A stretch of DNA of 64,000 bases, taken from the NCBI GenBank assembly GCA_030649055.1, contig JAUSGH010000003.1:354-64353 (forward strand), in the 5' to 3' direction. The position numbers and the translations under genes are program-made. Shown piece after piece: positions 1-10,066 of the stretch. A model generated the notes under the pieces. It was not told where the DNA came from and ran no database searches. It saw nothing but the letters and a program-made list of their open reading frames with translations. Origin of the DNA: a bacterium (GTDB taxonomy: Bacteria; Patescibacteriota; Minisyncoccia; UBA6257; JAUSGH01). Position 1 is the first letter of the stretch, and every line of letters begins with the position of its first letter.

Positions 1-447
1 CTCGTCAATCAGCGATTCGTCGTACTCAAACTCGTCCAAATGGTTATGCAGCAACGCACGGACTTGCTCTATTTTTCCTCGCGGAATGGGAATCTTGATA
101 TACGGCGAAAAGCGGTGTCTGGAACGTAACAACATATTACCCCATTCGGAACCTGCTTGTCCACTCTCCTGCATCGCAAATCCCAGCAGCTCCGCCATAG
201 GAACAAAACGGAATTGATTGGGCTTGATGCCGCTTGTAGCAATCGTAATAGTCACAACACCCGGCCTTGCGACGCCCCAATAAATAAACATGCCGGCGGC
301 GATGATTAAAAACGCGGCGAACAAATAGTTTTGTTGCCAGAGCGCGATTGCGACAAAAATAATGGCGGCAATAACAACAAGATAATACCAACCGACTTCT
401 TTTTGGTGATACTCAAACTCGTGCGCTTGCCAGGTGATTTCTTCCAT
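1..447 (-). CDS. Conserved membrane protein (DUF5673-like, CPR-type); 3' end runs off the window
   Basis: Manual translation MEEITWQAHEFEYHQKEVGWYYLVVIAAIIFVAIALWQQNYLFAAFLII... with two TM helices and no stop before position 1 (absent from the ORF track); TATAAT 6 nt upstream of ATG. Confidence 0.75.
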   Translation of the reverse strand, partial: MEEITWQAHEFEYHQKEVGWYYLVVIAAIIFVAIALWQQNYLFAAFLIIAAGMFIYWGVARPGVVTITIATSGIKPNQFRFVPMAELLGFAMQESGQAGSEWGNMLLRSRHRFSPYIKIPIPRGKIEQVRALLHNHLDEFEYDESLIDE

Positions 448-572
448 AGGTTTATTATACATCCTTTACGCGCCGAATGTTTGACGCCAATCGATAAATC
501 GCTTATCATAAACGCTAGTATTCGGACATCGCAAAGAATTGTCTTTGCGTTCATTGGACAAAGGAGCATGGC

Positions 573-1190
573 ATGTTCGCGGCAACGAAAATTCGCTTCT
601 GGCTTACCACTACGGCAGCGGCGCAACTCGCCGAAAAAAAAGGCGAGGGATACAACGTGCAGTGGGAGAACGGCGCGCCGTACATCAACGTGAATTCCGC
701 CGGAGTCCACGGGGTCAGCCAGGAGAACATCGAGAAGATCTCTATGAGCGCGGAGATCGCAGACGGTGGGCTGCTTCGGGGGATGTACATAACGGAAGAG
801 GAAGACGTACTGATGTTCGTCGACACGCTTCCAGACGGATCACAATCCATCGAAATCACGGGCCACAATCTCCCCGAGATGCTGTCATTCTACACCAGCA
901 TCCGCGCCGGAGCGCACCAGCCATATGACAACTGGGAGCTCTCGCGCGAAGAGCGGCTGGGCTCGACCGCGACCATCGCTCTCAACGACCTCATGAGAAT
1001 CTTCCTCGAGGCGCTCGAGGAGAATGGCTGTGAGGTGCGAATCAAGAAGGGCGCGGACGAGCAACCGAAGGAAGCTGCGACTACCCCTGTCGCAACAACC
1101 GAGGACATCGCGCCGTCCGAGGAAATGGCAAAGGGACTGGAGGCGGAACCATCCGAGACGAAGCCGCCGGATCATCCGCGCAGTGCATGA
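573..1190 (+). CDS. Hypothetical protein (205 aa, acidic C-terminal tail)
   Basis: Long ORF with AAGGAG SD upstream; no recognisable motif. Confidence 0.7.
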   Translation: MFAATKIRFWLTTTAAAQLAEKKGEGYNVQWENGAPYINVNSAGVHGVSQENIEKISMSAEIADGGLLRGMYITEEEDVLMFVDTLPDGSQSIEITGHNLPEMLSFYTSIRAGAHQPYDNWELSREERLGSTATIALNDLMRIFLEALEENGCEVRIKKGADEQPKEAATTPVATTEDIAPSEEMAKGLEAEPSETKPPDHPRSA

Positions 1191-1253
1191 GACGGAGGGT
1201 TGTAACCGCTTCGTCGGAGCGGAGAAGTTCGCATAACATACGCCGGCTCCGCG

Positions 1254-1685
1254 ATGCGAGGCCGGCGTATCACATTTACGGAGGTGGCAATGATTACGCT
1301 GCGCATTTGGTTGCGATGGAATGCCAACGTTGCCCTACTGGAAGCGAAAGGGATGAAGGTAAACGAGGACAAGCACGGACGAAGAGTTGTTCACGTTACC
1401 CATCCGCACTGCTCTCCACTCATACATCAGCTTCCGAAAGAAGCAGTGGAAGAAGTGGAACTCCACGATTATGCCGTTGACGAGCCGGCAATCGCGGACG
1501 GAACGCGAACCTACGGCAACACATTACTTTGCGCGGTTACCGCAGAAGCAGAATGGTTTGATGGACGCATGCATTTCATCCAACACATCATCGCGCGCGG
1601 CCCGAACATCCGCGACACGATGGAACTCTACTTCATCGCCCTGCAAGCGAAAGAAGTCGCGACGTACACGCGCCAGCTCTCATAA
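1254..1685 (+). CDS. Hypothetical protein
   Basis: 143-aa ORF co-oriented with its neighbours; start uncertain. Confidence 0.55.
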   Translation: MRGRRITFTEVAMITLRIWLRWNANVALLEAKGMKVNEDKHGRRVVHVTHPHCSPLIHQLPKEAVEEVELHDYAVDEPAIADGTRTYGNTLLCAVTAEAEWFDGRMHFIQHIIARGPNIRDTMELYFIALQAKEVATYTRQLS

Positions 1686-1758
1686 GGGGCTGGCGCGATT
1701 CGTTTTTGTTGGCTATACTAAACGTTAGTTTGTCAGGCAACAATAAAAGGAGAGCGTC

Positions 1759-2178
1759 ATGAATCTCTTCTTGAAGGTCCTTGCGGTGTGCTGGGGCCTC
1801 ACCGAAGAACAGCTCAAGGAAATCACCGGCGAGGGGAAGCTCGACGACGCCGACGAATGCAAGACCGTGGAACTGAAGATTGGGCAGGTGTTCGGAAACG
1901 AAGACCAGAACACGACCAAGATCTCAGCCGTACACGTAGTGCTTGCGCTCAAGCGATTGGCGCCAGTCCTCCGCAAGGAAATTATTGACGCCATCATCGA
2001 GATTGGGAGGGCATTCCCGTCCCAAGAGACAAGTACCGCGGCGCAGGACGCCGAACTCCAGCGCGCCGTCGATGCCGCCGCAGGAGAAGGCATGGGCACC
2101 GCACGACCCAGCACGCAAGCAAAAGGCGCTACGCCAAGCGCCCGTCCGTGGACACCGGATGACAAGATCCCCAACTAA
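1759..2178 (+). CDS. Hypothetical protein
   Basis: 139-aa ORF with AAGGAG SD, followed by a hairpin at ~2208-2239. Confidence 0.7.
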   Translation: MNLFLKVLAVCWGLTEEQLKEITGEGKLDDADECKTVELKIGQVFGNEDQNTTKISAVHVVLALKRLAPVLRKEIIDAIIEIGRAFPSQETSTAAQDAELQRAVDAAAGEGMGTARPSTQAKGATPSARPWTPDDKIPN

Positions 2179-2292
2179 GACGGGCTTGCAAGCGCGCCCG
2201 AAGCATAACTGCCAGTTCCTCAATGAAGGAACTGGCAGTATATCATTCTCTTGATTTACCGGAAAAAAGCCTATAAGATAGAAACAATATCT

Positions 2293-2364
2293 GCGGGTAT
2301 CGTATAGCGGCTATTATGCGACCTTGCCAAGGTCGAAATACGGGTTCGACTCCCGTTACCCGCT
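2293..2364 (+). tRNA. tRNA-Gly(GCC)
   Basis: Acceptor GCGGGTA/TACCCGC, anticodon arm CGACC-TTGCCAA-GGTCG, T-arm ACGGG-TTCGACT-CCCGT; CCA not encoded. Confidence 0.97.
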
Positions 2365-2631
2365 CACTCAATATAAAGACCGCCTCATGTAGAGGTGGTC
2401 TTTATATTATGCGAAGTAAGAGGGAGTCGAACCGAAGGCCGAAATTACGAAGTAATGAGGTCTCGACCGGAGGGAGAGGCGACTCCCGTTACCCGCTCAA
2501 ATTAAAAAAATGATCTAGTAAGATCATTTTTTTAATTTTGTGCGTATTAGGAGCCGAACCAAGCCGCACTCAATATAAAAATAACCTGTCTAAATTCAGG
2601 TTATTTTTACTTCAATGAATAAAATAAATTA

Positions 2632-3144
2632 TTAATTAAACAGCTTGAAAAACCAGCCAAGAAAGCTGAATCTAGATTCATTAGCGCTTATGAAATCACG
2701 TACTTTTGTATTCGCAGCCTTCAATGCATCTATCTTAGACTGCAATTCTGATTCAAGGGTAGGATTAGAAGTTCTTGTCTGAGCTTTTTCAAGTCTCCGT
2801 ATGCCGTTTTCAGTGGTATTTAATTCGCTTCTCAAAGCGCCAAGATTTTTATAATCCGTTCCAATCAAAAAAGTAAGTAACCCATTGCGATTTTCTACTT
2901 TTCTCATAGCTTCTGAAACCCTATCGTCAGAATCATTTTGCTCTTTATTTACATCTTTTAATTCGTCTTTGGCACTCATAGCGTTCGTGCCATCTTCTGA
3001 ATTACCCGCATTAAAATTAGCTCCAGTATTTCTAGATTCTGTTGTTGTCGTGGTGGTAGTGGTGGTGGTTGAATTTGTTGCCGCAAAAGCAACGGCGGTT
3101 AAAGCAAATAAGGGTATTAATGTTGATGCTATTATTTTTTTCAT
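2632..3144 (-). CDS. Exported coiled-coil protein with Thr-rich linker
   Basis: Signal peptide MKKIIASTLIPLFALTAVAFAA, poly-Thr run, heptad-rich helix, aromatic C-terminus; AT-rich. Confidence 0.8.
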   Translation of the reverse strand: MKKIIASTLIPLFALTAVAFAATNSTTTTTTTTTTESRNTGANFNAGNSEDGTNAMSAKDELKDVNKEQNDSDDRVSEAMRKVENRNGLLTFLIGTDYKNLGALRSELNTTENGIRRLEKAQTRTSNPTLESELQSKIDALKAANTKVRDFISANESRFSFLGWFFKLFN

Positions 3145-3478
3145 ATTTAAAAATTTAAATTAATTATTTTGTTTATTCTCGACTTTTATAACTAACTACT
3201 ATTAAGTATAGCATAATATCCTGCTAGTCTTCGGATTCAAATTCCAATTCGAGATTCATAGCAGCTTTTCCTTTTCAAAGGAAATAATGAATGGCGGTGC
3301 GGTGTAAACTAATTTACTGCACTTTTGGATAGCCTCGGTATATAAAACAGGTTCTAACGTCATCCACTAACTCGCTCCGAGTCAAACTCGGTCTCGAGCT
3401 TGAGGAGAGCCGAGTCTAACTCGGCTTTTCATTGAATATATAAAGTGCTAAAAATGCGAAGTTTGACTTCGCGAATAC

Positions 3479-3769
3479 ATGGAACGTTGTTACGTTTATA
3501 TGCTCTTTTCGCTCAAAGATGGGCGCTGTTATACCAGCTTTACCACCAACCTTAAAGAACGGCTGCAACAACACGCCTGTGGCGAAGCAAAATCAACAAG
3601 AACAAGACTCCCGCTAAAGCTCATTCATTACGAATACTTTATTAGCAAAGAAGACGCTGAAGCGCGAGAGAAGTTTCTCAAAAGCGGTTTGGGACGAAAA
3701 CAAATTCACCAAACGCTAAAACAAACTCTAAGAGACTACGAGGATTTGGAGACGCCAACAGGGCAGTGA
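3479..3769 (+). CDS. Small GIY-YIG nuclease family protein (UPF0213/SLX1-like), possibly degenerate
   Basis: CYVYML...CYTSFTTNLKERLQQH...EDAEAREKFLKSG; the usual YxG glycine is Ser. Confidence 0.85.
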   Translation: MERCYVYMLFSLKDGRCYTSFTTNLKERLQQHACGEAKSTRTRLPLKLIHYEYFISKEDAEAREKFLKSGLGRKQIHQTLKQTLRDYEDLETPTGQ

Positions 3770-3816
3770 GGTTCCCCTTACCCGCTCACTTCTAATCGCC
3801 TCATCGGCGATTTTTC

Positions 3817-4986
3817 TTATTTCAGCACCTTCACAAACTTCCTCGGACCCGCTTGCAACAGCCGTGGCTTTTGAACGCTGATTTGCGCCTCGGGATCGTG
3901 CATCCGCTCATCATCAATCCGCACACCGCCCTGCTCAACAAGCCGCCGCGCGGCGGTCTTACTTTTTGCGGCACCCGCCGCGACTAAAAGCTCAACGAGT
4001 GTCAGCGTTTCCGCGCCGACATGAACCTCCGGAATATCCGCCGGTTTTTCTTTCTTGGAAAACACGCGCACAAACTCTTCTCTTGCTTTGGCGCCCTCCC
4101 CTTTGCCGCAATACATATCAACAATAATTGCGCCGAGTGCCAGCTTCGCCTCGCGCGGATCTTCAACCTCGCGCTTCACGTCTGTGCAAAGTTCATAATA
4201 CTGGTCAATCAACGCATCCGGCACGGACATAATTTTCCCGAACATTGCGTTTGCGTCCTCGGTAATGCCGATATAATTGCCAAGCGACTTAGACATCTTC
4301 TTCTCACCGTCCGTACCCACAAGCAGTGGAACAGTAATCACATCCTGCTCGGGCAACCCCATGTGCCTCTGCAAATCCCGCCCGGCAAGCATGTTGAATT
4401 TCTGGTCGGTGCCGCCAATCTCAATATCTGCTTTAACCTCAACCGAATCGTACGCCTGAAGCATGGGGTAGACCATTTCATGCGAGTATACCTCCACTCC
4501 TTCTTTGATGCGCTTCGCAAAATCATCGCGCTCCAAAATGCGCTGGGTGGTGAATCGCGATTCAAGCGAGAGGATAAAGTCCAATCTTTTATCGGCAAAC
4601 CACTCGCTGTTGTGGCGAACCTCGGCACTATTGATATCCAAAACTTTTCCAACCTGCGCGAGATAAGTTTTTGCATTCGCGACAATTTCCGCATCGCTGA
4701 GCGACGGTCGCGTTTTTGACCGACCGGAAGGATCCCCGATTTTCGCGGTATAGTCGCCGATAATCAAGACAACTTTGTGGCCTAAATCCTGAAACTGTTT
4801 CAATTTTCGGAGCGCAACCGCATGACCCAAATGCAAATCCGGCGCCGTAGGATCCGCGCCAAACTTCACCCGCAACTGTTTGCCGGACATAAGCGCCGCC
4901 TCCAAATGCTCGCGCACGATCGCCTCCTCCACACCGCGTGAGAGTAATTGTTCAATTTTTGCCTTATCGGTCACCGTTTTCGTCAT
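3817..4986 (-). CDS. tyrS: Tyrosine--tRNA ligase
   Basis: GADPTAPDLHLGH, GGTDQKFN, KMSKS, C-terminal S4 domain. Confidence 0.98.
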   Translation of the reverse strand: MTKTVTDKAKIEQLLSRGVEEAIVREHLEAALMSGKQLRVKFGADPTAPDLHLGHAVALRKLKQFQDLGHKVVLIIGDYTAKIGDPSGRSKTRPSLSDAEIVANAKTYLAQVGKVLDINSAEVRHNSEWFADKRLDFILSLESRFTTQRILERDDFAKRIKEGVEVYSHEMVYPMLQAYDSVEVKADIEIGGTDQKFNMLAGRDLQRHMGLPEQDVITVPLLVGTDGEKKMSKSLGNYIGITEDANAMFGKIMSVPDALIDQYYELCTDVKREVEDPREAKLALGAIIVDMYCGKGEGAKAREEFVRVFSKKEKPADIPEVHVGAETLTLVELLVAAGAAKSKTAARRLVEQGGVRIDDERMHDPEAQISVQKPRLLQAGPRKFVKVLK

Positions 4987-5066
4987 AACTGTATTCTAAC
5001 GGCACGACAATAAAAAGAAAATAGGCGCAGACGCACCTATTTTCTTTTCTGCCACTAGTGGCTGTC

Positions 5067-5675
5067 CTATTTCTTCCCGTTGCTTTTCAGCACCTCGTCA
5101 ATCAATCCGTACTCCTTCGCCTCAACTGGCGTCAGATGAAAGTCTCTGTCCGTGTCTTTTTCAATCTTCGCAAACGGCTGACCGGTGTGCTTTGCAAGAA
5201 TCTGGTTGAGCTTCTCTCTGGTGCGCAAAATATGCTTTGCGGTAATTTCAATCTCTACCGCCTGGCCTTCCGCGCCGCCCATCACCTGATGGAGCATAAT
5301 TTCCGCGTTCGGGAGCGCAATGCGCTTGCCCTTCTTGCCGGCACCAAGGAGCACCGCGCCCATAGATGCCGCCATACCTACGCAAATAGTGGAAACATCC
5401 GGCTTCACGTACTGCATGGTGTCATAAATCGCGAGTCCGGCAGAGACCGATCCTCCGGGGCTGTTGATATAAAGCTGAATATCTTTTTTCGGGTCCTCAT
5501 GCTCCAAAAACAACAACTGAGCAATGATGGTATTCGCGACGCCGTCGTTAATCGGTCCACCTAAAAAGATGATGCGTTCCTTTAAAAGCCGCGAATAGAT
5601 GTCATACGCGCGTTCGCCCATCGGTGACTTTTCAATAACCGTCGGAATGAGATATTCGTTGAATTCGTTTTTCAT
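5067..5675 (-). CDS. clpP: ATP-dependent Clp protease proteolytic subunit
   Basis: [35 protein letters not shown]. Confidence 0.98.
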   Translation of the reverse strand: MKNEFNEYLIPTVIEKSPMGERAYDIYSRLLKERIIFLGGPINDGVANTIIAQLLFLEHEDPKKDIQLYINSPGGSVSAGLAIYDTMQYVKPDVSTICVGMAASMGAVLLGAGKKGKRIALPNAEIMLHQVMGGAEGQAVEIEITAKHILRTREKLNQILAKHTGQPFAKIEKDTDRDFHLTPVEAKEYGLIDEVLKSNGKK

Positions 5676-5681
5676 ATTGTG

Positions 5682-6932
5682 TTATTGCGCTGACTCAAGA
5701 AATTGGAAAACTTTTTTGTTAAGGAGTACTCCATAAACATAATCGTAAAACTTGCCCGTTTCAAGCTGCCGGCTTTCGTACTGATGGAGCTTGGACTCCT
5801 CCTCAATCTCTTCTTTTGTCGGCTCCAGATGCTCGCCCTTCGCGATTGCATGCACCACAAGGTTTCCGGCAACGCGTGATTCCGCCGCCTTGCGAAGATC
5901 TTTGCGGACGTCTTCCGGTTTCTTTCCGCTTGCTTCGAGCGTCGACTTTAACTCCTCAAGCATGCCTTCAAGCGTCCGCTCCACAAACACCTCTGGCAAA
6001 TCCACGACGGTTTTCGCGACGATTCCTTGAAGCATCGCCACCCGCCGAGCCTCGGCTTCCTTTTCTGCTTTTTCAGAACTCAATCCGTCACCGATGCTTT
6101 TCTTCAAGTCCGCGATTGTCGCGAAATTGCCGATGGTTTTCGCGAATTCGTCGTTCGCTTCAGGGATGGTCACCTCAAACACGCCATCCACGGTCACAGA
6201 AAAATCCAGCTTTTTGCCTTGCACGTCTTTGTTCCAATATGCATCAGGCGCGGTCAGAGAAAAATTAAGCTTCTCTCCTTCTTTGTGCCCGGCAATTTGG
6301 TCCTCAAACCCGGGAATAAACTTTCCCTCGCCAAGCGTGAATTGGTCATGTGCCGGCGCCGCATCGGCCGTAATCGGCTTCCCGTCAAACGACACCGTGT
6401 AGGCAATCGCAACGCTGTCCCCTTTCGCCGCGGCGCGGGTGACCCGGACTTGCGGCGCGCGCGACTTCCGCAGCCACTCAAACGATTTTTCAATCTCGTC
6501 GGCCTCGACGGCAACGTCTTTTTTCGCCGCCATCACTTTTTTTGCAATAGACCGATAGTCGCCAAGCGTCACTTCGGGAAAAATCGTGAGCTCCGCTTTG
6601 TATGAAAGTTTTCCGCTGTCTTCAAGCAGCTTATCGCCCGCGGTAATTTCCACCTTCGGCGTATCAATAAGCGTCCACTCGTGCTCCTCGCTGACCTCAT
6701 GCATTGAGTGACGGACAGTTTCCTGTAACGCCGCCTCAAACACCTTGTCTTTATCAATTCCGGAATCAATCATTTGCTTCGGCGCCGTACCGGGACGAAA
6801 ACCTTTCACTTGTACACCCGCCGCCGCGCGGCCATACTCGCGCTCCCAATAGGGCTTAAATACGTCGCTTCCAAGCGTCACTTCAAGCGCGATCCGCGAA
6901 CCGGGCAACTTCTTAAATGAGGATTTAATCAT
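5682..6932 (-). CDS. tig: Trigger factor
   Basis: GFRPGTAP ribosome-binding motif, FKBP domain (FIPGFEDQI); upstream of clpP. Confidence 0.96.
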   Translation of the reverse strand: MIKSSFKKLPGSRIALEVTLGSDVFKPYWEREYGRAAAGVQVKGFRPGTAPKQMIDSGIDKDKVFEAALQETVRHSMHEVSEEHEWTLIDTPKVEITAGDKLLEDSGKLSYKAELTIFPEVTLGDYRSIAKKVMAAKKDVAVEADEIEKSFEWLRKSRAPQVRVTRAAAKGDSVAIAYTVSFDGKPITADAAPAHDQFTLGEGKFIPGFEDQIAGHKEGEKLNFSLTAPDAYWNKDVQGKKLDFSVTVDGVFEVTIPEANDEFAKTIGNFATIADLKKSIGDGLSSEKAEKEAEARRVAMLQGIVAKTVVDLPEVFVERTLEGMLEELKSTLEASGKKPEDVRKDLRKAAESRVAGNLVVHAIAKGEHLEPTKEEIEEESKLHQYESRQLETGKFYDYVYGVLLNKKVFQFLESAQ

Positions 6933-6982
6933 GATTGGTATATACTAACAACATTTATAGAAAAGTTCAACCCCGCGCCGCA

Positions 6983-7645
6983 TTACTTGCGAGGCGGGGT
7001 GAAAAACGGTTCGAGCGTGGCGTAATCCTCAAGCGACAGCGCGCCGCAGTCGCGGAGGAATTGCAGGCTCCGGAGGTATCTCGCGTCGTGCTTGTCTACA
7101 AGGTTTGTGTCGACATACCACGCGCGCCCGCCGAACGAACATCGTTCCAGCGCCCACGCAACCCACTCAGCGAAGTTTTCGTAGTAGTCCGTCGCTCCGT
7201 AGTCGGTGATGATGCCGTCGCGCGGAAAAGAACCGGAACGATCACCGTAAGCCTCTTTACTGATACTCCCCCAATCTGCGCGCTTCCACGCAGGCAATGC
7301 GTAAAAGAACGCGTGCGCCGCCTCATGCCAGACCGTCCACTTGTCGAGATAGTCCGGATAAACGCAGATGAAACGCGTCCACCAGCGGCAATGCCCGGCC
7401 TCCAGCACGTTACCGTACTTGTCCTTCGCGTAGCTCGGACAATCCGAAGTAATCCGAATCGTAGTCACGGTCGCTTGTGCCTGCGGACTCATACGATGGA
7501 TAGCGGCAACAACCAGCGAACGTTCAGCGGGTGTGCCGAACTCAACAAACTTGCCTCGTTCAATCCGCTCCCACGAAACGCGCGGGGCGGTGCAACCCGC
7601 GACGGCAAACAAGACAGCAAAAAACCATAGCGCATTCGCTTTCAT
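6983..7645 (-). CDS. Lipoprotein zinc metallopeptidase (array member 4)
   Basis: Lipobox AVAGC, VWHEAAH, YGATDYYENFAEW; GAGGAG SD before ATG at 7645. Confidence 0.8.
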   Translation of the reverse strand: MKANALWFFAVLFAVAGCTAPRVSWERIERGKFVEFGTPAERSLVVAAIHRMSPQAQATVTTIRITSDCPSYAKDKYGNVLEAGHCRWWTRFICVYPDYLDKWTVWHEAAHAFFYALPAWKRADWGSISKEAYGDRSGSFPRDGIITDYGATDYYENFAEWVAWALERCSFGGRAWYVDTNLVDKHDARYLRSLQFLRDCGALSLEDYATLEPFFTPPRK

Positions 7646-7759
7646 GACAAATCTCCTCAAGAACACCAGCACTACACATAAGTCTACGCCCGCGGCAATC
7701 CCAGTCAACACGCAAAAAACAATTTGCCCCCGCACCGGTAAAGATGCGGGGGCAAGACT

Positions 7760-8461
7760 CTATTTCACAGGAACTCCATTTACGCGCAGCGTAAACAGCG
7801 GTTCCAGCTCATCGTATTGCGCCTGACTGATTGCACCCCAGTCGCGAAGCACTTCCAAGTGCTTGAGATAGCTGGGATCCGTGACGTCAATCACGCGCAT
7901 GTCCACGAATATTGAGCCCATCGGCTCATCGTGGAGGCGGCACATCGCCCAGCGCACCCATTCGGCAAAGTCCTCCCACGGATTTGTCGCCCCGTACCAG
8001 GTGAGAATGCCGTTCCGTGGAAAGTCTCCTTCCATGTCGCCGTACGCATTCATGCTGATTCTCGTCAACCTCTCCTGTTCCTCGGCAGACTGCGTCATCA
8101 TGAGCGCGTGTCCGGACTCATGCCAGACATTACCATGAGAGACATAGGAAGGACGAACACAGATGTCGCGCGTCCCGGGATGAGTGTGCGCCGCTTCCCG
8201 CCAATTACCGTCCTTGTCCCGGGGTTTGTAATCGGGGCAGTCATTGGTGATTTGAATGGAGCGCACCGCCCGCTGCACTGGCTCTTCGAGCCAATTCATC
8301 GCCTCACGAGCGCGCTCACGCTGGTCGCGCGTGCCGCCATAAACGAACGAATCGTCCCAAGCGCCAAGACGGGGCGGCGCCGTCGTGCACCCGAACGGTG
8401 CCACGAACAACGTAAGAGTCGCCGCAACAAACACGGCACGCCTCAGAACATCGCTCACCAT
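7760..8461 (-). CDS. Lipoprotein zinc metallopeptidase (array member 3)
   Basis: Signal peptide ending PFGC, VWHESGH, YGATNPWEDFAEW; GGGAGG SD. Confidence 0.8.
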   Translation of the reverse strand: MVSDVLRRAVFVAATLTLFVAPFGCTTAPPRLGAWDDSFVYGGTRDQRERAREAMNWLEEPVQRAVRSIQITNDCPDYKPRDKDGNWREAAHTHPGTRDICVRPSYVSHGNVWHESGHALMMTQSAEEQERLTRISMNAYGDMEGDFPRNGILTWYGATNPWEDFAEWVRWAMCRLHDEPMGSIFVDMRVIDVTDPSYLKHLEVLRDWGAISQAQYDELEPLFTLRVNGVPVK

Positions 8462-8570
8462 CGCTAAACCTCCCAAAGAATACCTGCGTAACTAAAAAAT
8501 ATAATAGCGCGAATGCACATGAAATACAAGGAGGCATCCCGTGAGACGCCTCCCTTGCTCCAACTTATCA

Positions 8571-9230
8571 TTACTCCGCGAACAGCGGTTGCACGCGACG
8601 GAACTCTTCCTCTGTAAGCACGTCGTGAGCGCGGAAGAATGTAAGAATCGCGAGATATACCGGGTCTCTCCGATCAATCGAGGCGATGTCCGCTCTGCCG
8701 TACCCGGACCCGTATCCGCGAAGATAGTGCGTGAGCCACGTCACCCACTCCGCGTAATTCTCGCGCGGGTTCGTGCCGCCATAAGACGTAATCATGCCGC
8801 GTGAAGGATATGCTCCGGGAATGACGATGTTGATGCCTTCCCCATGAAAAAGGTCGTCATCAACAAACCCTTCCCATTGTTCTTGCGCCGCGCGCGAGAG
8901 CGTATGGAAATGTGTATGCGCGGGTTCGTGCCAGACAACCGCGCGCGTCACGCGCCCCTCCCGGACACAGATCGGTCCGCCCCGATGATGAAACCCGACG
9001 ATAAACCGTGAGGTGAATCCGCTGCAATCGTTTGTGATGCGGATTTCCTCGGCGACTTCCCGCACCACTCTCGGAAGCTCACCGAGCGCCGCGCGCGCGA
9101 ACTCGCGTTCCTCCGCAGTTCCTCCGGAAATGAGATCACCGAGCGCCGCCTCTGTGCGCGGCGGATGATTGGTACAGGATACGCAGATGCCGACGACAAA
9201 CATCGCTGCACACAGCGTGATGTGTCTCAT
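8571..9230 (-). CDS. Lipoprotein zinc metallopeptidase (array member 2)
   Basis: Signal peptide ending CVSC, VWHEPAH, YGGTNPRENYAEW; GAGGAG SD. Confidence 0.8.
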   Translation of the reverse strand: MRHITLCAAMFVVGICVSCTNHPPRTEAALGDLISGGTAEEREFARAALGELPRVVREVAEEIRITNDCSGFTSRFIVGFHHRGGPICVREGRVTRAVVWHEPAHTHFHTLSRAAQEQWEGFVDDDLFHGEGINIVIPGAYPSRGMITSYGGTNPRENYAEWVTWLTHYLRGYGSGYGRADIASIDRRDPVYLAILTFFRAHDVLTEEEFRRVQPLFAE

Positions 9231-9258
9231 TCAAGTACTCCTCAAAAGGCCTCTCGCT

Positions 9259-9993
9259 TCAGTGTATGCCGGCCAAAGCTGAAGTCAATAATAAGCAAAT
9301 CACCCTCCCGCCGGTTGAGGCAGTGAGGGTGAAGAGCGGTGCAAGCTTCGTGTATTCCTCCGGCGTGATGACTCCGAATTTGCGGAGTAGCTTCAGGTGC
9401 CGGATGTAGCGGGTATCCGACTTGTCGATTTTTTTCAGATTGACACTTGTGCGGCCGGTAGGAGTGCGATGCTGGTAGCACATCACGAACTCCACCCACT
9501 CGGCGAAGTCCTCGTGGGCATTTGTCGCGCCGTACGAGGTCAAAATCCCGTCGCGCGGGAACTCGCCTTCCATGTTCCCGTAGGCGTTTTTGCTGACGAC
9601 CGCCCACTTGTTGTTCTCGCGCCATGACCGCGACATGAGGAGCGCATGCCCCGCCTCATGCCAAACGACGCGATCGTAAACGTAATCGGTGTGGATGCAG
9701 ACATTCCGCGTCAAGTGGCAATGAGCGGACTCCTGCCAATCCCCGTCCTCATCCTTCGGATCGTAGGCCTCACAGGTGTCGTTGATGGTGACGGAAACCA
9801 CAGCGTTCTGTGGCTTCTCCTCCAACAGCGCCAGCGCGTTGCGAACACTCTCCCGATCCCCGCTTATGCCGCCGGAGACAGGAATGTCGGCGAGAACCGT
9901 GGCGCGCTGCGCCGCCGGCGTATCCCCGAACGGCGAAGCAACAAGCAGAAAAAGCACCGCAACCAACGCGGCGCGCCGGAACATCTTGGACAT
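9259..9993 (-). CDS. Secreted zinc metallopeptidase (array member 1)
   Basis: Signal peptide without lipobox Cys (PFGD), VWHEAGH, YGATNAHEDFAEW; AGGAGG SD. Confidence 0.8.
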   Translation of the reverse strand: MSKMFRRAALVAVLFLLVASPFGDTPAAQRATVLADIPVSGGISGDRESVRNALALLEEKPQNAVVSVTINDTCEAYDPKDEDGDWQESAHCHLTRNVCIHTDYVYDRVVWHEAGHALLMSRSWRENNKWAVVSKNAYGNMEGEFPRDGILTSYGATNAHEDFAEWVEFVMCYQHRTPTGRTSVNLKKIDKSDTRYIRHLKLLRKFGVITPEEYTKLAPLFTLTASTGGRVICLLLTSALAGIH

Positions 9994-10066
9994 CACTGTC
10001 CCTCCTGAAAGGAAATTTTACACTCTACTGATAAGTATACCAATAGATGTGGTAAATTCCGGATAT

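Larger units (their letters stand above)
2365..3790 (+). mobile_element. Tandem tRNA-Gly-targeted islets (empty unit to 2499, cargo unit to 3790)
   Basis: Direct copies of the tRNA 3' end at 2480-2499 (exact 20 nt) and ~3773-3790; inverted T-arm copies at 2422-2433 and 2550-2560; AT-rich interior. Confidence 0.75.

Noticed and set aside
3043-3070. Phase-variable microsatellite in the poly-Thr run
   Set aside because: Mixed Thr codons in whole triplets, so slippage would not shift the frame; more likely an ordinary linker.
7656-7671. Exact 16-nt match (CTCAAGAACACCAGCA) between a peptidase 5' leader and the palindrome at 37063-37078
   Set aside because: About one 16-mer match is expected by chance in 64 kb over both strands, so it is not significant alone.
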